42,636 bases of DNA from Silvanigrellaceae bacterium (GTDB lineage Bacteria; Bdellovibrionota_B; Oligoflexia; Silvanigrellales; Silvanigrellaceae): the NCBI GenBank assembly GCA_049423385.1, contig JBMSQQ010000020.1, forward strand, positions 1 through 42,636, written 5' to 3'. How positions within the stretch are numbered: the stretch's first letter is position 1; each line of letters begins with the position of its first letter. The notes under the pieces are model-generated. The model worked only from the letters and a program-made list of their open reading frames with translations. It had not been told where the DNA came from and made no database searches. Made by a program: the position numbers and the translations under genes. Positions 25,282-34,886 of the stretch are shown in pieces.

Positions 25282-28053
25282 ATGATGGGAATCCTGTCGG
25301 ACAAATTCGAACGCGACATCTCAACAGTCATGCGGACTCTTCAGGAACTGCTCACAGACTTGAATCTGCATGAACTTGTTCCGTTCGTTCCATTTTTAAA
25401 GCAGACAGAAAACTCGCAAGTGGACGACCTCAACTGGGTGCCATCCGACCCTAAAAATCTCATCCAGTTGTTTTCGCTTTCATTTCAACTTCTGAATATG
25501 GTCGAAGAAAATGTGGCCGTCCAACACCGCAGATTGCTGCAGTCCAATGGCTCGCTTGAAAACGAATCGGGACTCTGGCCATGGGCATTTGAACAACTCG
25601 AGAAGAATGGAATCACAGAAAGCCAGATCCGATCAGCCATACGGCGACTCGAAGTCGAACCGGTCCTGACAGCGCATCCAACAGAGTCAAAGCGAGCGAT
25701 CGTTCTTGCCCACCATCGCCAACTATACCTTCAACTCGTCAAGCGTGAAAACTCAATGTGGACGCCCATCGAACAAGACTGGCAAAAACAGGAGTTGAAG
25801 GCGAATCTTGAATCACTGTGGAGAACAGCAGGCACCTTCATTGAAAAACCCGATGTATCCTATGAACTGCAAAACGTCATTTATTATCTCAAGAACGTTT
25901 TCCCGAAACTTCTTCCCTGGCTCGACCGACGCTTTGTCAAGGCGTGGTCGGACGCCGGATTCGTCAGCCCACCAAACATCATGGAAAATGATTTTCCAAC
26001 CTTCAAGATCGGCACCTGGGTGGGCGGAGATCGAGATGGGCACCCTTTTGTCAAAGCCGAAACAACACAAAAGGCATTGAATGAATTGCGCCTCAACGCG
26101 CTCATCGTTTTGCGGCACGGACTGACCGAATTGGCATCAAGGCTGAGTATTGCCGACAAGTACAACTCAATTTCGGATGAACTCAAACAAAGACTTTCTC
26201 AATACCAAAAACAGTTTTCGTCGATACATGATCATGCGATTTCGATCCATCCGGGCGAGTCAATCCGGTCGTTTCTCCAGATGATGATCGAGCGACTGCC
26301 TCTGGATGTGATCCGCGAGCATGCAACTCATCTCAAAGAAAATGAATGGAGCTATACTGAACCTTCACAGCTCAAGGACGATCTGCGAATCCTCGTCGGT
26401 TCGCTCAAGGATATGGGCGCACACCGACTGGTCGAAATTGAAGTCAACCCTGTCATGCGTCTCGTCGACACCTATGGTTTTCACAGTGCTCGCCTGGACA
26501 TCCGGCAGAACAGCCATTTCCACGAGATCGCCCTGCAGGAAATTCTGGCTCTTTCAGGCAACCCGGAAAAGAGCAACATTGCAGAACTGGATGAAGGAAA
26601 AAAAGAAACTTTCATTGCAACAGAACTGATGAACACACGTCCCTTCACCACGCGGAACCAGATATTTTCAGGCAAATCGAAAGAGCTTATCGAGTGCATG
26701 CAGGTTGTTTTGAACCATCGCGAGCGGTTTGGCGGAAAAGGTCTGGGCTCGTACATTGTCAGCATGACTCGATCGGCCAATGACCTTTTCACGGTATATA
26801 TCCTGGCACGCGAGGCGGGATTGACCACAATTGAGCAAGGCAATCTCGTATGCCCAATTCCGGTCGTGCCGCTGTTTGAGACAATTGAGGATCTTCGTCG
26901 AAGCGCAGCGATTCTGGACACGTTTTTGAGTCACCCCATCACCCGGGCCAGCCTCGAATTCCAGATGAAAGAGAACAAGCGTGAAAGAATGCAGCAACAG
27001 GTCATGTTGGGATACAGCGACAGTTGCAAGGATGGCGGAATTCTCTCAAGTCAATGGCATCTTTACCGCGCACAGAGCGAACTCGAAAAGGTTGCTTCCA
27101 AACATGGAGTAGAAATTTGCTTCTTCCATGGAAGAGGCGGAACCGTAAGTCGAGGCGCAGGCCCTCTTCATCGTTTCGTTCAGACAATGCCGCCCCGCAC
27201 GCTCAATGGTGCCTTCAGGATGACTGAGCAGGGTGAAACGATTGCCCGGAAATATGCAAACCAGGCAACTGCTGTTTACAATATCGAATTATTGTTGGCA
27301 GGAATCACAACTGAAACGCTGCTCAATCGAAAGAAGGAACCACTGGAAGAAACAATAGTTCAGATCATGAATCAACTGGCGGACTTCAGTTTCGAAAAGT
27401 ATCGTGATCTTACAACAAGGCCAGATTTTATCCAATTTTTCCGTTCAGCGACGCCAATCGATGTTCTTGAACACTACAACATCGGCAGTCGTCCATCGAA
27501 GCGAACCGGCACATCCTCCCTCGAGGATCTTCGGGCCATCCCGTGGGTCTTCAGCTGGAACCAATCACGATTCTATCTGCCCAGCTGGTATGGCGTGGGA
27601 ACCGCTCTTGCAAAAACAAAAACACTTACGCCAAAGCTTTACAAAACCATCTGCAGCAACATCAACGAACTGACTCTTCTCAACTACGTGCTGCACAATG
27701 TCGAGACAACCGTGGCGTCCACAAACGAACACATCATCCGTTCTTATGCTTCGCTTGTGGTTGATCCGATCATTCGCGAAACCTTCCTCAACATGATTCT
27801 CGAGGAATTGCACACAACAAGAAACTGTCTTGAGGAGATCTTTGCCTCTGGGATAGAAAGGCGCCGTCCCGGGGTGACAAAGACAATTGCAATGCGCGAA
27901 CCTGTCCTCGAATCTCTTCACAGGCTGCAGGTTCACTATTTGCATGAATGGAGGAACTGTTCCGAAAAAGAAACAGAGCGGCGACAAATTCTGCTCGACC
28001 GACTCTTTGCAACAGTGAATGCAATTGCGGGTGGTCTCCGAAACACGGGCTGA
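25282..28053 (+). CDS. ppc: Phosphoenolpyruvate carboxylase
   Basis: VLTAHPTE, WVGGDRDG, LDIRQ, VPLFET, VMLGYSDS, FHGRGG, LRAIPW, terminal GLRNTG. Confidence 0.97.
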   Translation: MMGILSDKFERDISTVMRTLQELLTDLNLHELVPFVPFLKQTENSQVDDLNWVPSDPKNLIQLFSLSFQLLNMVEENVAVQHRRLLQSNGSLENESGLWPWAFEQLEKNGITESQIRSAIRRLEVEPVLTAHPTESKRAIVLAHHRQLYLQLVKRENSMWTPIEQDWQKQELKANLESLWRTAGTFIEKPDVSYELQNVIYYLKNVFPKLLPWLDRRFVKAWSDAGFVSPPNIMENDFPTFKIGTWVGGDRDGHPFVKAETTQKALNELRLNALIVLRHGLTELASRLSIADKYNSISDELKQRLSQYQKQFSSIHDHAISIHPGESIRSFLQMMIERLPLDVIREHATHLKENEWSYTEPSQLKDDLRILVGSLKDMGAHRLVEIEVNPVMRLVDTYGFHSARLDIRQNSHFHEIALQEILALSGNPEKSNIAELDEGKKETFIATELMNTRPFTTRNQIFSGKSKELIECMQVVLNHRERFGGKGLGSYIVSMTRSANDLFTVYILAREAGLTTIEQGNLVCPIPVVPLFETIEDLRRSAAILDTFLSHPITRASLEFQMKENKRERMQQQVMLGYSDSCKDGGILSSQWHLYRAQSELEKVASKHGVEICFFHGRGGTVSRGAGPLHRFVQTMPPRTLNGAFRMTEQGETIARKYANQATAVYNIELLLAGITTETLLNRKKEPLEETIVQIMNQLADFSFEKYRDLTTRPDFIQFFRSATPIDVLEHYNIGSRPSKRTGTSSLEDLRAIPWVFSWNQSRFYLPSWYGVGTALAKTKTLTPKLYKTICSNINELTLLNYVLHNVETTVASTNEHIIRSYASLVVDPIIRETFLNMILEELHTTRNCLEEIFASGIERRRPGVTKTIAMREPVLESLHRLQVHYLHEWRNCSEKETERRQILLDRLFATVNAIAGGLRNTG

Positions 28054-28170
28054 AACCGACGATTCTCTTTACACCCTACACGCCAAGACTGCTCTCCTTA
28101 CAAACGAAAATCAGGATTTCATTGCCAGTCGAAAAATACACCAGATATATCATAATCTAACAGCAAAACT

Positions 28171-28198
28171 TAAACATCGATGACGGCAAGTCCGATAA
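28171..28198 (+). promoter_or_regulatory. Sigma-28-like promoter
   Basis: TAAACATC-N12-TCCGATAA upstream of the 28260 lipoprotein. Confidence 0.4.
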
Positions 28199-28259
28199 AA
28201 ATGGTGGAGCCGAGCGGACTGTTTTCGCTCAGACTCCTCAACCTTTCCGGGAGAGTAGA

Positions 28260-28925
28260 ATGAGAATCATTTCACTGGCACTGGTGGCTTTGTCGTTTGT
28301 TGGATGCGGACGCGAGAACGAGAATGAGAAAATTTCTGAGCGCGGAATTATTTCTGAAAGCGAAACGATTGGGCTGACCAAGAGCGGTATCCCAGCCGGG
28401 CAGCATTTCGGACTCAATCTGATCGGAGTTCCAAAAGACAAATCACCATCGCTGACGGGTGGAAGCGGCCACAGGATTTTCCTACCTCTTTTTGGAGCGG
28501 CGAAAATTTTGTTATCGGAAGGCGAATTCGCAGTCCTTGATGCCAATGGCACAGATGGATCAGCAAGTTTTCAACTGCCAAATCCTGATCCGGATGGCGA
28601 TGGCGTGACCTCCTACTCGGTTTTTGCAAGGGCACTTGGTAAACCAGGTGGAAGCTTGAAAGCAACAACATGTGCAACAGACCCTGCGACAGGCGAAGAG
28701 ATTTGTTCTCTTGAGACGATGGTCTCAACAAGAACAAGTGGAAGATCGAAATTCGTGAACGTCAGCAGGGAGCTTTTGTCGATTTCTGCCGACATTGACG
28801 GTGATGGCACCCTTGATCGCGTCTCATTGTTCGACGACCGTCTGGTGGACTATTTCTGGAGCCTCGACAATCAGGGACTTCGCATTCTTCAGTTGAGATT
28901 CATTCAGGTGCCAAGCAAATTGTAA
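28260..28925 (+). CDS. Hypothetical lipoprotein with DxDGDG motifs
   Basis: FVG-C lipobox, GGAG RBS, DPDGDG and DIDGDG (possible Ca-binding loops). Confidence 0.75.
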   Translation: MRIISLALVALSFVGCGRENENEKISERGIISESETIGLTKSGIPAGQHFGLNLIGVPKDKSPSLTGGSGHRIFLPLFGAAKILLSEGEFAVLDANGTDGSASFQLPNPDPDGDGVTSYSVFARALGKPGGSLKATTCATDPATGEEICSLETMVSTRTSGRSKFVNVSRELLSISADIDGDGTLDRVSLFDDRLVDYFWSLDNQGLRILQLRFIQVPSKL

Positions 28926-28965
28926 TCATCAAAACCGAAGCAATTGAAATTGATGAAGAATCCTG

Positions 28966-30816
28966 TCATCGCTGCAACAGGTGCTCAACCTCGGCCTTGA
29001 GGCGCGTGGCTTGAGCACCTTCGGCGTTCCAGTCGGCAATTCTGAGCACTTCACCCTTAGGAGACACGACTGTTCTCTTCACACTGTCGACCTCGTAGAG
29101 ATTCCCTCCAGAAGCAACAACTGCAAAACGGTCGTCCACAAAGTGCGAAGACATGAGTTCCGAGACGACACGCAGTCGATTTGGAGAAATGGGTTCAAAC
29201 AAGGACTTGCTGTCGCGCTGCTCCAACGAGGCCGACTTGCAGCCCAACAGGGACAAGGTTGTTGCGAACATATCCGAATGTGAAACAGGAGAGGAAACCT
29301 GTCGACCCATCTTTTCGAGCTTTGCCGGAGACTTCACCTCACTCAATGGCGGAAAGACGAAAAGTGGAACGCGAATCACGTCATCTGCAAATCCGCTGTT
29401 GAATTTCGATTGCTTTGAGATGTTTTGGCCATGATCCGAGGTATAGAAAACCCAGGCGGATGGATGCTTATTTCGAACAACCTGCATCAATTGATTCAAA
29501 TAGTCATCAAGCTGAACAAGAGTGTTGTCATAGGCATTGGCGTCGTTGGGGTTGGTTTCAGGGAGAAATTTCTTGTACCGCGCATGTGAGTGCCTTGAGT
29601 ATGGATAATGACTGCCATCCATGTGGAACGCTGCAAAAAAAGGACTGTCCACCGTATTCAAAAATGGAACCACACCACGTTTGAAAACTTCAAAATCGTC
29701 GGCACCCGTGGAAACTCCAGCCTTTCGATCGAAGTCGGTTCCAGATGAATAGATGTCCACATTTTCATTGATGATGATTTTATCCTGGTTTCCCCATCGC
29801 AATTCTTGCGCCCCGATGAACGCTGTCTTCAATCCCGCTGCTTTTGCAAAATCAAAAACGGAAGGTTGCGAAAAAATCTGTCCATTGCTGTCGGGCCCCT
29901 GCATTCCGAAAAACAAATAAGGCAACGAAATCCGTGTGACGGTTCCAATGCTGACCACATCTTTGAATTTGACCAACCGACCCGCCGCGAGTTCACCTGC
30001 GAGAAATGGCGTTGTCGGACGAGAATGTCCATAAATAGACAAACGTGATGCAACAACCGACTCACCCACAACCCAAATGATCGACGGCGCTTTTGCGGAT
30101 TCATCTCCGAAGCCGCCACAGCGCAAGCGTTCCAGCGGAATTTGCACCCTGTTGGCTCCGCCGGAAGCAAAGTTCCTTCCACCGACCGGAAACCTTATAA
30201 AGTCGGAAAAAGCAGTTGTCAGACTCAGCAGCGAATGTTGCACGACTGGTGCAGAGAACCAGGCGAATGTCGAAACGACGACGGAAAGCAAAAACAAGAA
30301 TCCACCCAACCAGACACGCCTTTTGCCTGGCGGAGATTCCGTCTCCGCTTTTGAAAAGAATGCGTGCATCAAGACCAACGCAGGAGCCACAAGGAAGACT
30401 GTCTGAAACACCTGCATATTTTCGAGCGAGAGCTCAGCCGACAGTTTGGGATTTTCAAAAAGGAAACGAAGTGTGAAAGATGAAATGGGCTTCTGGTAAA
30501 TCAAAAAATGATTCACCTGAACCGTGAGAAAAAAAAGCATCTCAAAAGTATTGGCTACCAACAACCAACGCCGAACCCAGGACCTTTCCTTGAACGGCTT
30601 CACATGGAACGATTGCGCGATGAGAGTCATCAAACCATAAATGAAAAACAGGGACAAAACCTGATTGACCCAGTATCGCCATGTGAGCAGGTCGACAGCC
30701 TTGAAAGTGCTGAAACGAACAGTCAATTGGTCAACAAACAGTAAAACGACAGCGAAGAGAGGAAGACCCATGCGCCGAACATTCACTTTTTGCGAAAACC
30801 ATTCAGCAGCCCGCAC
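28966..30816 (-). CDS. Membrane-bound phosphoethanolamine-transferase/sulfatase-family protein (EptA/LtaS-like)
   Basis: About 5 N-terminal TM helices; VVGES, YG..RPTTP, catalytic Thr region TVTRISLP, HMDGSH, YDN, SDHG; start uncertain (30882, 30816 or 30771). Confidence 0.82.
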   Translation of the reverse strand: MRAAEWFSQKVNVRRMGLPLFAVVLLFVDQLTVRFSTFKAVDLLTWRYWVNQVLSLFFIYGLMTLIAQSFHVKPFKERSWVRRWLLVANTFEMLFFLTVQVNHFLIYQKPISSFTLRFLFENPKLSAELSLENMQVFQTVFLVAPALVLMHAFFSKAETESPPGKRRVWLGGFLFLLSVVVSTFAWFSAPVVQHSLLSLTTAFSDFIRFPVGGRNFASGGANRVQIPLERLRCGGFGDESAKAPSIIWVVGESVVASRLSIYGHSRPTTPFLAGELAAGRLVKFKDVVSIGTVTRISLPYLFFGMQGPDSNGQIFSQPSVFDFAKAAGLKTAFIGAQELRWGNQDKIIINENVDIYSSGTDFDRKAGVSTGADDFEVFKRGVVPFLNTVDSPFFAAFHMDGSHYPYSRHSHARYKKFLPETNPNDANAYDNTLVQLDDYLNQLMQVVRNKHPSAWVFYTSDHGQNISKQSKFNSGFADDVIRVPLFVFPPLSEVKSPAKLEKMGRQVSSPVSHSDMFATTLSLLGCKSASLEQRDSKSLFEPISPNRLRVVSELMSSHFVDDRFAVVASGGNLYEVDSVKRTVVSPKGEVLRIADWNAEGAQATRLKAEVEHLLQR

Positions 30817-30981
30817 AACCGACCCTCTTGTTTTCAAAGCTACAGTATATACCGAGGCCAGCCAAATGTGAATGAAGCACAAAAAGCGCTCCCTAATCCG
30901 GATGCATTTTCTTGTTGCTTGAGGCGAAGACGACTTATTCTCTAATCTCCTTGATGCCCATGCACATATGAGGAGCCCCAG

Positions 30982-32145
30982 ATGAATGAAATCAGCACCA
31001 GCGAGGCCGCCTCCCTGCGCGAACGCCTTGCGGGATGTCGCAGGCTTGTTGTCAAAATCGGATCAGCATTGTTGGCGGATGATTCACCCGATCCCTTCGA
31101 ACGCCTCGCCAGACAAGTTGCGTGTCTGAAGGAGCAAGGAATCGAGATCGTTATCGTCAGTTCGGGTGCCATCGCTTTGGGGCGTGAGCCTCTCGGATTC
31201 AAATCCCGGCCCAAACTTCTGGCCGAACTCCAGGCGGCGGCATCCGTGGGTCAGAGTATTTTGATGGCCCGTTGGCGCTCGGCATTTCAAAAGCAGGGAC
31301 TGCAGGTCGCTCAAATCCTCCTCACCCACGACGACGTTGATGAACGTGAACGCTATCTGAATGCGCAGAATGCCCTGCGCAAACTCATGGAACTCAGTGT
31401 TGTTCCCATTGTGAATGAAAACGATACCGTCAGCGTGCGCGAGATCAAATTTGGCGACAACGACGAATTGGCAGCGCATATCGCTGGTCTTGTTGACGCG
31501 GACCTCATGGCTCTTCTCACCCAGACTGATGGTCTCTTCACTGCCGATCCTGGTCTGAATCCGAGGGCTCAACGCATTCCAATTGTGAAATCCGTTTCAA
31601 GTGAGATTGAGGCTTTGGCGAGCGGAGCCGCAGATCTGGGAACAGGCGGCATGAGCTCGAAATTGCGAGCCGTCCAATATGCAGCGCGCCATGGCACCGG
31701 AACCTTGGTCCTGCCTGGCCGTGTGGAGAGTGTTTTGCTGAAGGCACTTGCAGGAGATGACGTCGGGACATTTTTTTTGCCGCCCGAACGAAAGTCGGGA
31801 CGCGCGAAACAACGATGGCTGGAACTCGCAGTCCGGCCCCATGGAAAAATAGTCATCGATTCAGGTGCAGAAATCGCAATCAGAAAAAATGCAAGCCTGC
31901 TGTTTGTGGGTGTCACTGGGGTGGATGGGTCATTTCAACCGGGAGATCCGGTCGACGTCGTTTCGCATGAAGGCTTTCCTGTTGCGCGCGGACTGGTGGC
32001 TCTGTCCTCTTCAGACTTGCAGAGGGTGTTGGGTAAGAAGCAGTTGGAGGCCGAGGTTGCCCTCGGGTGTCCTGTTCCACAGGAGTTGATTCATCGCGAC
32101 AACATGGTCTTGTTTGATGGAGGACCGCATGCACAAAAACGATAA
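30982..32145 (+). CDS. proB: Glutamate 5-kinase
   Basis: VVKIGS, VSSGAI, AASVGQ, NENDTV, FGDNDEL, GTGGM, C-terminal PUA domain. Confidence 0.97.
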   Translation: MNEISTSEAASLRERLAGCRRLVVKIGSALLADDSPDPFERLARQVACLKEQGIEIVIVSSGAIALGREPLGFKSRPKLLAELQAAASVGQSILMARWRSAFQKQGLQVAQILLTHDDVDERERYLNAQNALRKLMELSVVPIVNENDTVSVREIKFGDNDELAAHIAGLVDADLMALLTQTDGLFTADPGLNPRAQRIPIVKSVSSEIEALASGAADLGTGGMSSKLRAVQYAARHGTGTLVLPGRVESVLLKALAGDDVGTFFLPPERKSGRAKQRWLELAVRPHGKIVIDSGAEIAIRKNASLLFVGVTGVDGSFQPGDPVDVVSHEGFPVARGLVALSSSDLQRVLGKKQLEAEVALGCPVPQELIHRDNMVLFDGGPHAQKR

Positions 32146-33445
32146 ATCAAATTCAGTCAGCTCATTTGAGAACAATGAATTTTTGTCTGCGCAAACATTG
32201 GCCAACCGTGCCAAAAGGGCCTCTTCCCTCATCTCACGCAGCAGTTCATCAGCAAGAACCAGAGCCCTGCATCGACTTTCAAGCGAATTGCGTTCTCCAG
32301 AAAGGCAAAAGACAATCTTTCAAGCCAACCAAATCGATTGCCAAGCAGCAGAAATTGCAGGAATCGGAAGTGCGCTGCTCGACAGGCTCCGGATTGACAG
32401 GAGTCGACTCGATGCTCTCGCGGCAAGCGTTGCCGAAGTCGCGGACTTGATCGATCCCATTGGCGCGATTGAAGACCTCGTCATACGACCATCGGGACTG
32501 CAGGTTGGACGCATGTGGGTACCACTCGGTGTGATTCTTATGATTTACGAGTCCAGGCCAAACGTCACCATTGACGCTGGAGCGCTTTGTATCAAGACCG
32601 GAAACGCGGTGATCCTGAGGGGAGGAAAGGAAGCACGAAACACGAACGCCGCATTCGTGGAACTCTTGCAATCGGTTCTGGATGAAAGCAATCTGCCGAA
32701 GGATTCGGTTTTGTTTGCAGAGACACAAGAGCACTCTTTCCTGAACGCGCTGCTCAAACAACAAGGACTGATTGATGTCGCAATCCCCCGCGGTGGCGAG
32801 AACCTTATTCGTGCCGTCATGGAACATTCCTGCGTTCCAGTCATCCAGCATTTCAAGGGTGTTTGCCACGTCTACGTTGAACAAAGTGCCGACCTCACCA
32901 TGGCCGAAAAGATCATCGTGAATGCAAAGACAAGCCGCCCGGGTGTCTGCAATGCGCTTGAGGGCATCGTTGTGGATGACGCCATCGCTCCAACTTTCTT
33001 GCCGCGGATTGTCGAAACACTCTCTGGGTTGGGAGTGGAAATCCGCGGCTGCCCCCGCTCGCTGATTCATCTTGCAGGCAAAAGTCATCCAAACTTGAAA
33101 GCAGCAAATGACGACGACTTTGATCGTGAGTTTTTGGACCTCACCTGCTCTTTGGCAACCGTTGCAGGAATGGATGAGGCCTTGGAATTTATTTCCAGAC
33201 ACGGCAGCAAGCATACCGAATCAATCATCACACAAAACTATGAACATGGACTCAGGTTTCTGCGTGAAGTCGATGCCTCATGTGTGCTTGTGAATGCATC
33301 GACACGCTTCAATGATGGCGGCGAATTGGGTCTGGGGGCGGAATTGGGAATTTCAACCTCCAAACTGCACGCCTATGGCCCCATGGGGTTGCGTGAGCTC
33401 TGTGCACGAAAGTTCGTTGTCTTCGGACACGGCGAAGTGCGCTGA
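32129..33445 (+). CDS. proA: Gamma-glutamyl phosphate reductase
   Basis: IYESRPNVT, LRGGKEA, PRGG, VCNALE, NASTRF, GAELGIST, GPMGL; start ATG 32129 with GGAGG RBS. Confidence 0.97.
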   Translation: MHKNDKSNSVSSFENNEFLSAQTLANRAKRASSLISRSSSSARTRALHRLSSELRSPERQKTIFQANQIDCQAAEIAGIGSALLDRLRIDRSRLDALAASVAEVADLIDPIGAIEDLVIRPSGLQVGRMWVPLGVILMIYESRPNVTIDAGALCIKTGNAVILRGGKEARNTNAAFVELLQSVLDESNLPKDSVLFAETQEHSFLNALLKQQGLIDVAIPRGGENLIRAVMEHSCVPVIQHFKGVCHVYVEQSADLTMAEKIIVNAKTSRPGVCNALEGIVVDDAIAPTFLPRIVETLSGLGVEIRGCPRSLIHLAGKSHPNLKAANDDDFDREFLDLTCSLATVAGMDEALEFISRHGSKHTESIITQNYEHGLRFLREVDASCVLVNASTRFNDGGELGLGAELGISTSKLHAYGPMGLRELCARKFVVFGHGEVR

Positions 33446-33884
33446 CACAGGACGCGACTCATTCAGCCGTTGTGCTGAATTGCGCACCAATACCCGCACC
33501 CTGGACCTGGTCACCCTTTTTGTCAGGAGTCGCATGCCATCCGGGCGCACCCACGCGCGTCTGGACGTTGCCTTCGGATTTGAAGGCTCCTTCGTTTGGA
33601 CCGTTTTCCAAATTGAGTCCGATGTTCCCTGGTGAAACTTCACGGAGCTTCTGCCGACTTCCATCGCTCGAGATTGCCGCAGCGCAATCCGATTCAGAAT
33701 ATGGAGCACCACAATCCCTTTCGGGTGTCACAACATCCTACAAACCTGCAACCATACCCAGCGAGATTTCATTGCAGGGAAGCGTTCTGGCACCATAAAT
33801 GCGAGCAAAAGTAACGCAACCTGCGAGATTCAACGCGACCATCAGGACAATTGTGAAGACAATTGAATTTCTCATCCTGTCTTC

Positions 33885-34640
33885 CTATTTCTTTGTCAAA
33901 TCCAAAAACGGTATCGGGGCATTCCCCATCATGTAAGCGGGAAGCCTGCCATCCCACTTGCGCACAGCTTCAAGCTGAATAAGTTCCTTACTCTTCTCCA
34001 ATGCCTCAGTACGAATTCGGGTGCTTTCGGCCTCGGCCCTGGCTTCAATGACTTTCTGACGAGCCTGTTCCTCGACTTCCACGGTTTTGTTTTTTGCTTC
34101 AGCCGCCTTTTGTACAGCCACGGCTTTGGCCTCAACCGCCTTTTCGTAGTTCGCATCAAAATCAATATTGGTAAGTTCCATGTTTGTCGTGACAATGCCG
34201 CGGTTCTCAAGGATCGCCCGGATGGACTTGAGGGCGCTCTGTCTCACCGTTTCCCTTTTACCGACAAGTTCATCAGCGACGTATTGGCCTGTGACTGTTT
34301 TCAGGTTTCCCCTGACAACGGGCAAGATAATCTTGTCTTCCCAATCGGGTCCAAGCTTGACGTACAGTTCCATGACTGATTCTTTCGCCGGGTAATAAGT
34401 CAGGACATAGGAGACTGTCGAATTTTGAGTGTCGCGTGTGAAACAGGCTGTCTTGTCATCAATTTTTCTTTCACGGATGTTGAATAGTTCAATTCTGGAA
34501 GTGAATATGTTGTAAAAGTGCAAGCCTGGATCAAGCAGCCCACCCCTGACCTCACCAAATCTCTTTTCGATGCCAACTTCACCCGTGTCGATCACCCGGC
34601 ATCCCATCATCAACAAACACAAGAAACCGAATCTCAACAT
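33885..34640 (-). CDS. SPFH/prohibitin (band 7) family protein
   Basis: GEVG...RFG, PGLHF, AVEAK..A.Q.A coiled coil, KWDGRLP; start reassigned to about 34640. Confidence 0.9.
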   Translation of the reverse strand: MLRFGFLCLLMMGCRVIDTGEVGIEKRFGEVRGGLLDPGLHFYNIFTSRIELFNIRERKIDDKTACFTRDTQNSTVSYVLTYYPAKESVMELYVKLGPDWEDKIILPVVRGNLKTVTGQYVADELVGKRETVRQSALKSIRAILENRGIVTTNMELTNIDFDANYEKAVEAKAVAVQKAAEAKNKTVEVEEQARQKVIEARAEAESTRIRTEALEKSKELIQLEAVRKWDGRLPAYMMGNAPIPFLDLTKK

Positions 34641-34886
34641 AGTGAACATCCCCATGACTTTCATATACAAACAATCGAATAGTTCTGCGCATTCTATCAT
34701 TCTCGATCTTTTTCTCAAAACCCGGAGAAGCCAATTTGCAGACAGCTGCGTTTGGTCTTTCGATGGAAACTCACTCAGGAAGATTGGCATTTCTGTTGGT
34801 CAGATCCTCCGCGAGGTTATATCATTCCAGCTATCGAGATCATCGAATGAATTCATTCCATTGGAGATCAAAACGGGGAGAGAAAC

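Noticed and set aside
28202..28280. Intact tRNA gene
   Set aside because: Only a 19-nt 3'-end-like stretch; no TTCG T-loop, anticodon arm or D-arm.
33446..33884. Small ORFs between proA and the SPFH gene (33459..33731 -, 33472..33798 +, 33353..33712 -)
   Set aside because: No recognisable motif or convincing RBS; I cannot tell which, if any, is real.
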